DNA of 64,000 bases from an uncultured Gemmatimonadales bacterium. Its GTDB lineage: Bacteria; Gemmatimonadota; Gemmatimonadetes; Gemmatimonadales; GWC2-71-9. The DNA is taken from the NCBI GenBank assembly GCA_963798915.1, contig CAWCVB010000001.1, positions 96,001 through 160,000 on the forward strand, written 5' to 3'. The notes below the pieces were generated by a model. That model was not told the origin of the DNA, ran no database searches, and was given only the letters and a program-made list of their open reading frames with translations. Positions 30,495 through 40,032 of this stretch are shown here, piece by piece. Each line of letters opens with the position of its first letter. Position 1 is the first letter of the stretch. Both the position numbers and the translations under genes were made by a program.

Positions 30495-32169
30495 GGCGGT
30501 TCAGCAGCTCCACGGCATGATCCACGGCGCGCGCAGTGAGCGCCATGTAGGTGATGGACGGATTCTGACAAGCCGAGGACGCCATGCACGCGCCATCGGT
30601 GATGAACAGGTTGGGAACGTCCCAGGCCTGGTTCCACTTGTTGAGGACGCTGGTCTTCGGGTCCTTGCCCATCCGCGCTGTCCCCATCTCGTGGATGGTG
30701 CGTCCCGGTGGCGTCTTCTCGTCGTAGGTGGTGATGTTCCGCACCCCCGCCGCTTCCAGCATCTCGGCGGCGCTCACCTGCATGTCTTCGACCAGCGCCA
30801 GTTCGTTGGGACCCCACGTCATGTTGACGTGCACCGCCGGAATGCCCCACTTGTCCTTCACCTCGGGATCCAGCGTCATGTAATTGCCCGGCTGCGGCAG
30901 GCACTCGCCAAAACCATAGAAGTCCATGCCCCACGGACCAGGGTCGAAGAGCGACTGCTTGAACTCGGGCCCGAAACCGGGCAGGGATGCGCCGCGTCCC
31001 CAGCCGGAGCGGCCGGCGCCGCCCTGGAAGGCGTATCCACGGAGGAACCTGGCTGTCTTCTCCGTCGCATTCTTGAAGCGGGGCACGTAGATGCCGTTGG
31101 GACGGTGGCCAAAGGTCGAGCGATCCAGGAAGCCGTCCACCTGGCCACGCGCGCCGCCGCCCATGCAGTGGTCCATCAGGTTCCGGCCCACCTGCCCGCT
31201 GGAATTGGCCAGTCCGTCAGGAAATTCCCTGCCGGTGGAATGCAGCAGGAGCCGGGCGCTCTCCAGCGTGGAGGCGCAGAGGAAGACCAGCTTCCCCTCG
31301 AATTCGATCGCCTCCATGGTGTCGGCATCGATGACGCGAACGCCCCGCAGCCGGTTGGTGGCCGGGTCATGGAGCAACTGTTCCACGATGCTGTTGGGGC
31401 GCAGCGTCATGTTGCCGGTCTTCTGCGCCGCGGGCAGGGTGCTGCCGACGCTGGAAAAGTAGGATGCGGTAATGCATCCCCGCTCGCAGGGGCCACAGTA
31501 GTGACAGGCGGCCCGGCCGTTGTGGGCCTGGGTCAGCACGGCACAGCGACCGATGGTGAGCACCCGCTTCCGGCCGAACGCGCGCACCATGCGATCCCGC
31601 ACCTGCGCTTCGGCGCAATTGAGCGCCATGGGCGGAAGGAACTCACCGTCCGGCAACTGATCGAGCTGCTCCCGGTTGCCGCTGATGCCGATGAATGTTT
31701 CGACGTAGGAGTACCACGGCGCGATATCCCGGTACCGGATGGGCCAGTCGACGCCGTGGCCATCTCGGGCATTGGCTTCGAAGTCGAGATCGCTCCAGCG
31801 ATAGACCTGCCGGCCCCACATCAGGGATCGGCCGCCCACCTGCCGCCCGCGCAGCCACTCGAATCGTTTGCCTTCATCAAAGGTGTAGGGATTGTCGAGG
31901 TCGTTGACGAAGAACCTGGAACCCAGCTCGTCGCAGGCGTAGCAGTTGCGCTGGATGGGCTGCTCCCGCTCCAGCCTGGCACGATCGCCCCAGCCGCGGA
32001 AATGCATCTGCCATGGCTGCACGTGCTCGGTGTAGTCGCGGGCCGGCTGGATGTCGCGGCCCGCCTCGAGGACCAGCGTCTTGAGGCCATGCTCCGCCAG
32101 CTCCTTGGCGGCCCAGCCGCCGGTGATGCCGGAGCCGATGACGATGGCGTCGTAAGGGTCGCGGGTCAT
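30484..32169 (-). CDS. GMC-family FAD oxidoreductase (glycoside 3-dehydrogenase catalytic subunit-like)
   Basis: Motifs YDAIVIGSGITGGWAAKEL, GGRSLMWGRQ, CHYCGPCERGC, IHEMGTARMG, QNPSITYMALTARA. Confidence 0.94.
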   Translation of the reverse strand: MTRDPYDAIVIGSGITGGWAAKELAEHGLKTLVLEAGRDIQPARDYTEHVQPWQMHFRGWGDRARLEREQPIQRNCYACDELGSRFFVNDLDNPYTFDEGKRFEWLRGRQVGGRSLMWGRQVYRWSDLDFEANARDGHGVDWPIRYRDIAPWYSYVETFIGISGNREQLDQLPDGEFLPPMALNCAEAQVRDRMVRAFGRKRVLTIGRCAVLTQAHNGRAACHYCGPCERGCITASYFSSVGSTLPAAQKTGNMTLRPNSIVEQLLHDPATNRLRGVRVIDADTMEAIEFEGKLVFLCASTLESARLLLHSTGREFPDGLANSSGQVGRNLMDHCMGGGARGQVDGFLDRSTFGHRPNGIYVPRFKNATEKTARFLRGYAFQGGAGRSGWGRGASLPGFGPEFKQSLFDPGPWGMDFYGFGECLPQPGNYMTLDPEVKDKWGIPAVHVNMTWGPNELALVEDMQVSAAEMLEAAGVRNITTYDEKTPPGRTIHEMGTARMGKDPKTSVLNKWNQAWDVPNLFITDGACMASSACQNPSITYMALTARAVDHAVELLNRHEL

Positions 32170-32344
32170 GGGTCGCGGGTCATGGGTCGTGGGTCATGGG
32201 TCGCGGGTCGTGAGGTCGTGGGTCGTGGGTCGTGAGTCGTGAGTCGTGAGTCGTGAGTCGTGAGTCGTGAGTCGTGAGTCGTGAGTCGTGAGTCGTGAGT
32301 CGTGAGTCGTGAGTCGTGAGTCGTGAGTCGTGAGTCGTGAGTCG
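32156..32344. repeat. Long heptamer tract, including 16 perfect GTCGTGA copies (32229-32340)
   Basis: Read directly from the sequence. The degenerate left part contains the GMC start codon. Confidence 0.97.
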
Positions 32345-32351
32345 AACAACT

Positions 32352-32434
32352 TGTCATCCTGAGCGAAGCGAAGGATCTGCTCGCCCGGATCGGTGGGCCG
32401 ACTGACAAGATTCCTTGCTTCGCTCGGAATGACA
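32352..32434. repeat. Solo REP-like palindrome TGTCATCC...GAATGACA
   Basis: tgtcatcctgagcgaagcgaaggatct is identical to the array's left arm. Same 83-bp subtype as 19383-19465, in opposite orientation. Confidence 0.92.
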
Positions 32435-32453
32435 CTGTCCGACGACCCATGCC

Positions 32454-33008
32454 TCACGACTCGCGACCCGCGGCCGCCATACATCCCTCCCATCGCCCCG
32501 GCCAGATCTTCACCTGCATGACATCCTGCATGACCGCCTTGGACGTGAAGTAGCCGTAGATGGTGAGGCCCTTGAGCGTGCGCCAGGTGGCCGCTGCCGA
32601 GCGCGGGAGCGGGTTGCTCTGCCCATCGAGCATCGCAGCAATCTGGGCCTGGGTTGCCGGAGCAAGCTCGGCGAAGGCCTCGGCGCCGTGGGCCAAGGCA
32701 AGCCCATCCAGGTATCCCAGCCCGTAGAGCAAGTTGCTGCGGTCGGCGTCCGCATACCACTCGGTGAGCAGCAGGTCGATGAAGTCCACCACGCCCACGT
32801 CCAGGGCCCCGGGCGTGTCGGTGCGGGGAATGATGAGATCGGCCACGGCCCTGACAGTGGCGGCTTCCGGGCCGCTCAGGGTACGGAGGGCGCCGGTGCG
32901 CCCATGCGCGGCCACCCCCAGCGCCCAGAGGCGTTCCGCTGAGAGGCCGCCAAAGGCCGGAATCGCGGCCGCCGCACCCAGTGCCCGGAGCAGGTCACGT
33001 CGCTGCAT
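32454..33008 (-). CDS. Gluconate 2-dehydrogenase subunit 3 family (Tat small subunit)
   Basis: MQRRDLL Tat motif. Motifs IIPRTDTPGA.DVGV..FID and LKGLTIYGYFTS. Confidence 0.88.
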   Translation of the reverse strand: MQRRDLLRALGAAAAIPAFGGLSAERLWALGVAAHGRTGALRTLSGPEAATVRAVADLIIPRTDTPGALDVGVVDFIDLLLTEWYADADRSNLLYGLGYLDGLALAHGAEAFAELAPATQAQIAAMLDGQSNPLPRSAAATWRTLKGLTIYGYFTSKAVMQDVMQVKIWPGRWEGCMAAAGRES

Positions 33009-33069
33009 CGCTGGCCCCCTTCCACCGATAGGCACGGACAGATTACGCCGATGAGCAGCTGTCTCTAAT

Positions 33070-35286
33070 ATGCAGGCAGATTCCCGACTGCGTAATCTCC
33101 GCCAGGACGGCTCGAGCCCCATGCCCGGATCATTCACTTGCTGGATCGCCCTTGCCCTGGCGCTGCCTGCCTCCCTGGAGGCCCAGGCCGCGGCGGTGCC
33201 GTTCCGGCCCGGCATGATCGTGACGACGTCCACCCGGATTCAGCCCGGCCACTACCTGGCGCCCTCAGACAGCGCGCCGGTCATCACGGTCCGCGGTCAT
33301 GATATCGTGCTCGACCTCAGAGGCGTGGAACTGGTGGGAAGCAGCAATCGTCGCCAGCCAGACCGCTTTACGGGAATTGCAGTCGAGGTGGATAGCGGGG
33401 CTCGTGTAACGGTTCGCGGCGCCCGCATCCGGGGTTTCAAGGTGGGCATCCTTGCGCGCGGCACCAACGGGCTCCGGTTGCTCGACAATGACCTTTCCGA
33501 CAATTACCGCCCTCGGCTCTTCAGCCATGTGGAGCGGGAGTCACTGGCCGACTGGCTTTCCTACCACCACAACGAAGCCGGCGAGTGGCTGCGCTATGGC
33601 GCGGGGATCTACCTGGACGGTGTCACCGGCGGCGAGCTGCGGGGAAACATCGTCCAGCGCGGCATGAACGGGCTCCTGCTCACGCGCAGCTCGGGGCTGC
33701 GAATCTGGAACAACACCTTTGCCTTCAATTCCGGGCTCGGCATCGGCCTCTATCGCTCCACCCGCGACACGATCATGCACAATCGTGCCGACTGGAATGT
33801 GCGCGGCTATTCCGACGGCTTCTTCAATCGGGGGCAGGATTCCGCTGCGCTGCTGATGTTCGAGCAGTCGAGCGACAATGTGGTGGCATTCAATTCCATG
33901 ACCCACTCGGGAGACGGGCTGTTCCTCTGGGCCGGCCAGACGACGATGGACTCCGGCACCGGCGGATCCAATGACAACCTCTTCTATCGGAACGACTTCT
34001 CGTTTGCACCCACCAACGGCATGGAGGCGACCTTCTCACGCAACGCCTTTGTCGAGAATCGTGTGGAAGGGGCCTGGCATGGCCTGTGGGGCGGATACTC
34101 CTGGGAGTCGAAGGTCGTCGGCAATTCCTTTATCCGGAATGTCGAAGCAATTGCCATCGAGCATGGCCAGCAGGTCGTCATCAGCCGCAACACCTTTGAC
34201 CACGACACCACGGCCATTCACCTCTGGTGGAACAAGATTGAGCCGTCCGACTGGGGCTACCCGAAGTACCGCGACACCCGGTCACGCGACTATCAGGTTG
34301 CCACAAACCATTTCGACGGGGTGCGCACCGCGCTTCGGGTTCAGGACACACAGGCCCTCCTGCTGTCCGGCAATTCGGTGAGCGATACCGATACGCTCAT
34401 CGTCGCCAAGGGCGACACCAGCGGCTGGCAAGGCGACCTCTCCGATGGCGATACTGCGTCAGTGCCGGACACCGTTGTCCGACTTCGCGTCGCCGCGCTC
34501 GCCGGCGGTCACGATGCGCGGTCTGCGCCCGATCTCCGGCGCGACCGGTCGTCCATCATCGTGACGGAGTGGGGTCCATACACCTGGACCTATCCCCTCC
34601 TCTGGCCGGCGGGCCGCTCCGACACGGTGCCGCTCCGGCTTCGCGTGCTGGGGCCGGCCGGCCGCTGGCGGGTGCGCTCCACCATGGGCATCGCTTCGCT
34701 GTCCAGCCGCTCGGGCGCGGTGGGTGATACGATCACCGTCATGCCGGCACCTGGGCATGCGAATGACTTTCTCGTCTCGCTGGAATACCGCGGCGCTGCC
34801 ACGACATCAGCATTCGGTGAGCCGCGGCCGGCAGGTGCACCGGTGCGCTTCAGCTGGCGGACCTATTATCCCGCGGCCAACTGGCACCTGACATACGTGC
34901 CGACCGACTCGTCCGCCCGCAATGCAGATGTGGCGCGATTGGAGACACTGCTTGCCCGGCCTGCGGCCGGCACACTCGACACCACGCGCCTGGACCTGAT
35001 GTGGTATCGCCCACCGGTCAAGGCATTGCCGGCGGAGTCGGTGCTCACCGATGCACGCACGAGCATCTCACTTCCCGAGGGACGCTACTTGCTTCGCACC
35101 ATTGCGGACGACGCCATCCGCGTGTGGGTGGATGGCCGGCTGGTGCTGGATGATTGGGTACCAGGTGATTCCCATGTGAAGGAAGTCGAGCTGCGCCTGG
35201 GCGGTACACATACCGTGCGTGCCGTCCACCTGCAGCTGGACGGGTGGTACGAATTCAGGGTCGAGCTGAAACCGCTGGGTGAGTAG
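33070..35286 (+). CDS. Secreted right-handed parallel beta-helix protein with C-terminal PA14-like domain
   Basis: Signal peptide (likely ATG at 33121). Asn-ladder repeats (NN.F..N). C-terminal ADDAIRVWVDGRLVLDDW. Confidence 0.8.
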   Translation: MQADSRLRNLRQDGSSPMPGSFTCWIALALALPASLEAQAAAVPFRPGMIVTTSTRIQPGHYLAPSDSAPVITVRGHDIVLDLRGVELVGSSNRRQPDRFTGIAVEVDSGARVTVRGARIRGFKVGILARGTNGLRLLDNDLSDNYRPRLFSHVERESLADWLSYHHNEAGEWLRYGAGIYLDGVTGGELRGNIVQRGMNGLLLTRSSGLRIWNNTFAFNSGLGIGLYRSTRDTIMHNRADWNVRGYSDGFFNRGQDSAALLMFEQSSDNVVAFNSMTHSGDGLFLWAGQTTMDSGTGGSNDNLFYRNDFSFAPTNGMEATFSRNAFVENRVEGAWHGLWGGYSWESKVVGNSFIRNVEAIAIEHGQQVVISRNTFDHDTTAIHLWWNKIEPSDWGYPKYRDTRSRDYQVATNHFDGVRTALRVQDTQALLLSGNSVSDTDTLIVAKGDTSGWQGDLSDGDTASVPDTVVRLRVAALAGGHDARSAPDLRRDRSSIIVTEWGPYTWTYPLLWPAGRSDTVPLRLRVLGPAGRWRVRSTMGIASLSSRSGAVGDTITVMPAPGHANDFLVSLEYRGAATTSAFGEPRPAGAPVRFSWRTYYPAANWHLTYVPTDSSARNADVARLETLLARPAAGTLDTTRLDLMWYRPPVKALPAESVLTDARTSISLPEGRYLLRTIADDAIRVWVDGRLVLDDWVPGDSHVKEVELRLGGTHTVRAVHLQLDGWYEFRVELKPLGE

Positions 35287-35334
35287 GAGAGAGACGGCTG
35301 GTTCGCGCGCAATCACCTTCAGCCTTCGGCCTTC

Positions 35335-35373
35335 CATCTGTGCAATCGGCCTTCATCGGTGTAATCTGTGGAT
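35335..35373. repeat. GxxExxY-type repeat half-element
   Basis: atctgtgcaatcggccttcatcggtgtaatctgtggatc resembles 13926-13946 and 6668-6696. Confidence 0.6.
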
Positions 35374-35375
35374 CC

Positions 35376-36119
35376 ATGGCCATCCTCATCGAAGCGTGCG
35401 TGGACACGGTACATTCGGCGCTGGCCGCGGAGACGGGCGGCGCCGATCGCATCGAATTGTGCGACGACCTGGTCGAAGGCGGCACCACGCCCAGCGCCGG
35501 CATGATCGAGGAGTGCGTGGCCCGGCTCGGCATTCCGGTGTTCGTCATGATCAGGCCGAGGGGAGGGGATTTCCTCTTTACGTCGAGCGAGATCACCGTC
35601 ATGCTCCGCGACATCGGCCACGCCAAACGGCTGGGTGCCGCCGGAATTGTCACGGGGGCGCTGGAGCGGGATGGCACCGTCTCGGGCAATGTGATGAGCG
35701 AGCTGCTCATTGCCGCGTCACCGCTTCCGGTCACCTTCCATCGGGCATTCGACATCTGCCGGGATCCGGCGCAGGCGCTGGAAACGCTGGTCGACCTGGG
35801 CGTCGCACGCATTCTCACGGCTGGCCAGGCCGCCAGCGCGCTTGAAGGCGCCACCGCCATCGCCGCCTCCGTGGAGCAGGCGGCGGGACGGATTGGCATC
35901 ATCGCCGGCGGTGGTGTGTCCGAGGAGAATGTTGCGGAGATTATCCGGATCACCGGCGTCAGTGAAATTCACGCGCGCGGCACCGTGCCGGTGGGCTCAG
36001 GCATGGACTGGCGCCGGGAGGGCCTCGCGCTGGTCAAGCCGGTGCTGGAGCATGATGTGCGTGCAGTGACCGATGCGGAGCGGATTCGCAGGGTGCGGGA
36101 ACGGACGCGGAACTCGTAG
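35376..36119 (+). CDS. cutC: CutC family protein
   Basis: Motifs IEACVD, GGADRIELC..L.EGGTTPS.G, MIRPRGGDF, TFHRAFD, RILTAG. Confidence 0.95.
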   Translation: MAILIEACVDTVHSALAAETGGADRIELCDDLVEGGTTPSAGMIEECVARLGIPVFVMIRPRGGDFLFTSSEITVMLRDIGHAKRLGAAGIVTGALERDGTVSGNVMSELLIAASPLPVTFHRAFDICRDPAQALETLVDLGVARILTAGQAASALEGATAIAASVEQAAGRIGIIAGGGVSEENVAEIIRITGVSEIHARGTVPVGSGMDWRREGLALVKPVLEHDVRAVTDAERIRRVRERTRNS

Positions 36120-36139
36120 GGGCTCGGCTTGCCGTGCCC
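36116..36139 (+). repeat. GTAG-type REP hairpin
   Basis: GTAG GGGCTCGGC TT GCCGTGCCC between convergent genes. Confidence 0.6.
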
Positions 36140-36164
36140 GGCAAGCCGGGCCCCCGCGGGTGCG

Positions 36165-37898
36165 TCATGCCGGACCGCCCCACACATCCACCCCTCCCTT
36201 TTCCGAATCCGCCGTGATCGTCATCTTCCCGCTGCCCGAGACGATCCACCGCACGGTTACGGTGGAACGCCCCGAAATATTCTCCACTTCGATTCGCTCC
36301 GGATGATGCTTCTGCTCCTCGGCGATGTCCTGCAGCGGGTTGGTGACCCGGAATCCGGCGATCACCTTGCGCCCGGTGAGCGTGATGTAATCGGGCCGGC
36401 TGATGTGGTGTTCCAGGTCCTGGGCAGTGTGGGTCGGCACGATACGATCGTTGGTAATGATGGCCGTCACTTCCGTGAGGCCGCCGCCCAGTGAGCGAGT
36501 GCGCACCGAGTCCACGCGCACCAGCGGCATCTGGCGAGCCTGATAGAGTGTAAATGCCATGTTGCGGTGGGCCTCGCCCTGCAACAGGAAGGCGGGGATG
36601 GCGCGAGTGTACTGCTTCTTGAATCCGCCCACCTCGATCTCGCCGTACTGGGGGTGCTGCACCTTGTGCCAGGGCACGAAGGCCTCGCCCATGAGCAGCA
36701 GCCGGTCGAACTTGTATTCGTCCCGGTCGTAGCGCTCGCGCTTGCTGTCCTTTTCGAAGTAGCCGAAGTCGCTCCACAGCTCGTTGCTGAAGGTGATGGC
36801 GCCGCGGGCGCCGTAGATCCAGTCGAGCTCCCCACCCCAGACGATGTACAGGTCCTTCCAGACGATCATGTACTTGTAGCCCGGCAAAATCTGCTCGCCC
36901 ACCTCGCCGAGCTGGTCGTAGACCCGTTCGTCCTGCGGGCGGTAGGCATCCTGGCGGGCGCCGGGTCCGCGCAGGATCATGCCGCCGTTGTTGTGGTAGC
37001 TCTGCGCGCCGGCGATGTTGGGATGCGCGGTGATGAAGTCCACCACGGCGCGCGTCTCCGGCAGCGAGAGCGGATAGGCATCCGACCCGCCCTGCACATA
37101 GGCCGGCTGCCAGCGCCAAGGCCAGTTGCGGTTGGGATCGTAGTAGCCTTCACCGTCCTCGTTCACCCGCCCGTCGCCGTCGTTATCAATGCCTTCGCTG
37201 CCGAGCAGGTCCCATTCACCCTTCTGGCCGGGGAGCGCGCGGATCATGATGCGGGGATCCTCGGGCGATGTGAGCCATTGTCCGTTGGGATCCCGGCGGC
37301 GCATCGTGGTAATGAACCCGTCGCCATCGAGGTCATCGAAGCCATCCTCGTTGACCAGCCCGTCGCCATCGTTGTCGCGTTCGCCGAGCCCGCTGCGGGG
37401 CGAGTGCGGCGTATTGGGTTCCTTGAGGAAATTGTCCCGGCCGTCAGGATTGATGGTCGGAATGATGTAGAAGGTGCGATTGGTGAGCATCGAGTCCACT
37501 TCCGGCACCTGCCCCGCCATCTCGCAGAGGTACCACGCGGTGTACAGCGCAATCTCGGAGCCCTGCACCTCATTCGAGTGGATGTTGCCGTCGATGTACA
37601 TGGCCGGCTTCTTCGCGGGATCGCCGACCTTGAAGTTGGAGACGGTGATGAGCCAGAGGTCCTGCCCCTTGATGCTCTTGCCGATCGAGCTGACGCGACA
37701 CAAGTCCGGATGGGCCTTTTCCAGCTTCTTGGCAAGCGCACCAAGGCCGGCGTTGTCGTAGTACCGGTCCCAGGCGATCTGCACCTTGGGGTTCTTGGGA
37801 GCGCCGACGGCGGCGAGGTTGCCTTCCTGCGCCAGGAGCGACGTGGCGGCGGTGGCAAGCAGCGCCACGAGCGCGAACGAGTGACGAATGGGACGCAT
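36165..37898 (-). CDS. Secreted M14 zinc carboxypeptidase (catalytic motifs intact)
   Basis: GNIHSNE (HxxE), NPDG, DPNRNW, SYHNNG, NELW. DxDGDG inserts. Confidence 0.9.
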   Translation of the reverse strand: MRPIRHSFALVALLATAATSLLAQEGNLAAVGAPKNPKVQIAWDRYYDNAGLGALAKKLEKAHPDLCRVSSIGKSIKGQDLWLITVSNFKVGDPAKKPAMYIDGNIHSNEVQGSEIALYTAWYLCEMAGQVPEVDSMLTNRTFYIIPTINPDGRDNFLKEPNTPHSPRSGLGERDNDGDGLVNEDGFDDLDGDGFITTMRRRDPNGQWLTSPEDPRIMIRALPGQKGEWDLLGSEGIDNDGDGRVNEDGEGYYDPNRNWPWRWQPAYVQGGSDAYPLSLPETRAVVDFITAHPNIAGAQSYHNNGGMILRGPGARQDAYRPQDERVYDQLGEVGEQILPGYKYMIVWKDLYIVWGGELDWIYGARGAITFSNELWSDFGYFEKDSKRERYDRDEYKFDRLLLMGEAFVPWHKVQHPQYGEIEVGGFKKQYTRAIPAFLLQGEAHRNMAFTLYQARQMPLVRVDSVRTRSLGGGLTEVTAIITNDRIVPTHTAQDLEHHISRPDYITLTGRKVIAGFRVTNPLQDIAEEQKHHPERIEVENISGRSTVTVRWIVSGSGKMTITADSEKGGVDVWGGPA

Positions 37899-37909
37899 CG
37901 GGCCGCTCC

Positions 37910-39658
37910 TCAGCGCAGGGTGAAGGTGAGGGAGGCGTGGCCAGCCGCGGGACTCGCCGCCGTCACGCTCATGCGGTCACCCGATGCGCCGCGCACGACC
38001 CAGGTGAGTTCCTGCCCCGTCCCGCCACCGCTGACCGGATCGAGCAACTGGAAGTGGCGCCCACTCACGATGTCGCGGCCGTCTCCCACGGCCAGCTCGA
38101 CGCGGACCGCTCGCGGCATCCGCACCATGTCACCCACCTTGGAACTGGTGGGAAGGTAGCCGTCGTTCGCCACCTCCACCGTCACCCGGAAGAGGCCGGA
38201 ACCCAGGGACTCCGTCATGAGCTTCCGCAGCGCGATGCTTGGGAGCATCCCCTCGAGCGCGGTGACGAAGTTGACCTGCGCGGTCGCGAGCGAATCGAGC
38301 ATCGCGGCAGGAGGGTTCACTTCCGCGTAGGGACGCAGCCCGCCGATTTCCACTTGGCGCCCCGGGAAGTCGGGATGCTTGAACGGGGTCCAGTCGAGCA
38401 CCGCGCCGGGCTCGTTGGCGCGCAGCCAGCGGATGGCATTCCGGTCGGCGGCGGCGGAATCGGCGCCGTGTTGGGGCGCACGACCGCGCGTCCGTGCGGC
38501 GCCCGAATCCGCCGCTGCCGGTGTATGGGCGGCCCGCGGGCCGCCCGAATCGGAATCGAATTCCGGAATCCACCAGGGCCGCGCTCCAAAACTCCACCGG
38601 CCCATGTCGAAGTAGCCCCACGACAGCGGGTCGCCCTCGAGCGGCGCGGAGGCGGGCCCTTTGTCCTGCCCGATGATCTTCCGGTAGCGCGAGGCGACTT
38701 CCGCGAACCAGGGCTCGTCTTCCTTGAGGATGGTCCTGAGCGGCCCGCCCGCCGAGGTGCCGGGGCGGGCGCCTTCCTTGGGTAGTTCCTTCCCTTCCCA
38801 TGGCTTCAGCAGATTGTCCTGCGGACCAAGCACGTAAAGCACCGCAATGCCGGGATGGTCCACGATGAACTGCGCCACCGCGCGTGTCTCGACTTCGGCC
38901 ATCATGCCCGAGCCGGTCGCCTCGCCGAACTGGGGAAATTCGTAGGGGAAGCTGCGGCCGATGTCCACGCCACCGGGTGGATCCTCCTGCCAGCGCTCAT
39001 CGCCGTCATTGTCCCGGCCTTCGACATACAGCTTGTAGCTGCCGCTTTCGCCCTTGGCGACGTCGGCCTTCCGCATGAGGGCCGGCTCCGCCGAATCGGC
39101 AATCCACTCGCCGGCAGGATCCTCGACCCGCATCATCGCGATGACGCCGTCTCCGTTCAGGTCCTCAGGTCCGTCCTCGTCCACCGCCGCGTCACGATCG
39201 TCATCCCACTTGCTGGCGTTGCGCACCCGCTCCACCAGCGGCGTCTGGAAGAAGGCCTCGGCGGCATCCGGATTGACTCGCGGCAGCACGTAGAGCGTTG
39301 CATGGTCCAGCAGGCGGGTGACGGTGGAGTCCTTGCCATACGCGGTCGCCAGCTGCTGCACGACACGGAGAGCCATCTCGCTCCCGACCACCTGGGGGCC
39401 CCACGCGTTGGCGATCAGGAGCACGGCGGGCCGCTGGTCCAGGTCGGCGCCGCGGCCAAGCCGGGCGGCAAGCAGGGGCAAGCCGCCGGCCGATGTACCG
39501 ATGGTGGAGACCTCCACCACGGAGCCGCCGGCACTCTTGAGCGCCGACGCGAGCGCGGAGGCAGCATGGTACCCATCTGCCGGCCGCTGGGCGGTGAGGG
39601 GCATGGCTGCGAGCAGGCACCAGCCAGCCGCGAGGAACGGAATCCGGATTGCATGCAT
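37910..39658 (-). CDS. Secreted M14-like protein with degenerate zinc ligands
   Basis: Same architecture (NPD, DxDxD inserts, VEIGG). The HxxE position reads ANAWGPQ, NR reads GR, and the third His position reads YVLG. Confidence 0.82.
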   Translation of the reverse strand: MHAIRIPFLAAGWCLLAAMPLTAQRPADGYHAASALASALKSAGGSVVEVSTIGTSAGGLPLLAARLGRGADLDQRPAVLLIANAWGPQVVGSEMALRVVQQLATAYGKDSTVTRLLDHATLYVLPRVNPDAAEAFFQTPLVERVRNASKWDDDRDAAVDEDGPEDLNGDGVIAMMRVEDPAGEWIADSAEPALMRKADVAKGESGSYKLYVEGRDNDGDERWQEDPPGGVDIGRSFPYEFPQFGEATGSGMMAEVETRAVAQFIVDHPGIAVLYVLGPQDNLLKPWEGKELPKEGARPGTSAGGPLRTILKEDEPWFAEVASRYRKIIGQDKGPASAPLEGDPLSWGYFDMGRWSFGARPWWIPEFDSDSGGPRAAHTPAAADSGAARTRGRAPQHGADSAAADRNAIRWLRANEPGAVLDWTPFKHPDFPGRQVEIGGLRPYAEVNPPAAMLDSLATAQVNFVTALEGMLPSIALRKLMTESLGSGLFRVTVEVANDGYLPTSSKVGDMVRMPRAVRVELAVGDGRDIVSGRHFQLLDPVSGGGTGQELTWVVRGASGDRMSVTAASPAAGHASLTFTLR

Positions 39659-39750
39659 GGGACGGAAGCCTGGAAGAAGTACGCCCCGCCCGGGGGGAGG
39701 CGGGGCGCATGACCGATGAAAGTGCGGTCAAACGGCAGAGATTGCAAGCG

Positions 39751-39921
39751 CTACTCGCCGGTCTTGTGATGCTCCTCCTTGTGGTGCTTCATGACCGTAC
39801 GAGCGGCCACCTCCTCGGCGCGTCCACCGTAGCGGCCGCTATCCTCGGAGCTCTCCTTTATGTGTTCATACATCCGCTGCTCCTTCTTGCCAACGCCGCG
39901 GAGATGTTTCTTGGCTGGCAT
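39751..39921 (-). CDS. Small conserved protein (ChaB-like / 'plasmid stabilization' type)
   Basis: 56 aa with K..RMYEHIKES....GR...RAEEVAARTV.K. An AGGAG RBS lies upstream of ATG 39921. Confidence 0.75.
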   Translation of the reverse strand: MPAKKHLRGVGKKEQRMYEHIKESSEDSGRYGGRAEEVAARTVMKHHKEEHHKTGE

Positions 39922-39986
39922 GGTGCAACTCCTGTCTGATCGTAGTGTCATACCTCATGCCGCGAACTGGTGCGGCGGTGAAAGAC

Positions 39987-40016
39987 GAACGGCCCTCACC
40001 GAAGCGAGGGCCGTTC
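39987..40016 (-). terminator. Probable intrinsic terminator hairpin
   Basis: gaacggccctc/gagggccgttc 11-bp stem just after the stop of 40033..40920. Followed by gtcttt on the minus strand. Confidence 0.6.
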
Positions 40017-40032
40017 ACCATGGGCGCGGTGG

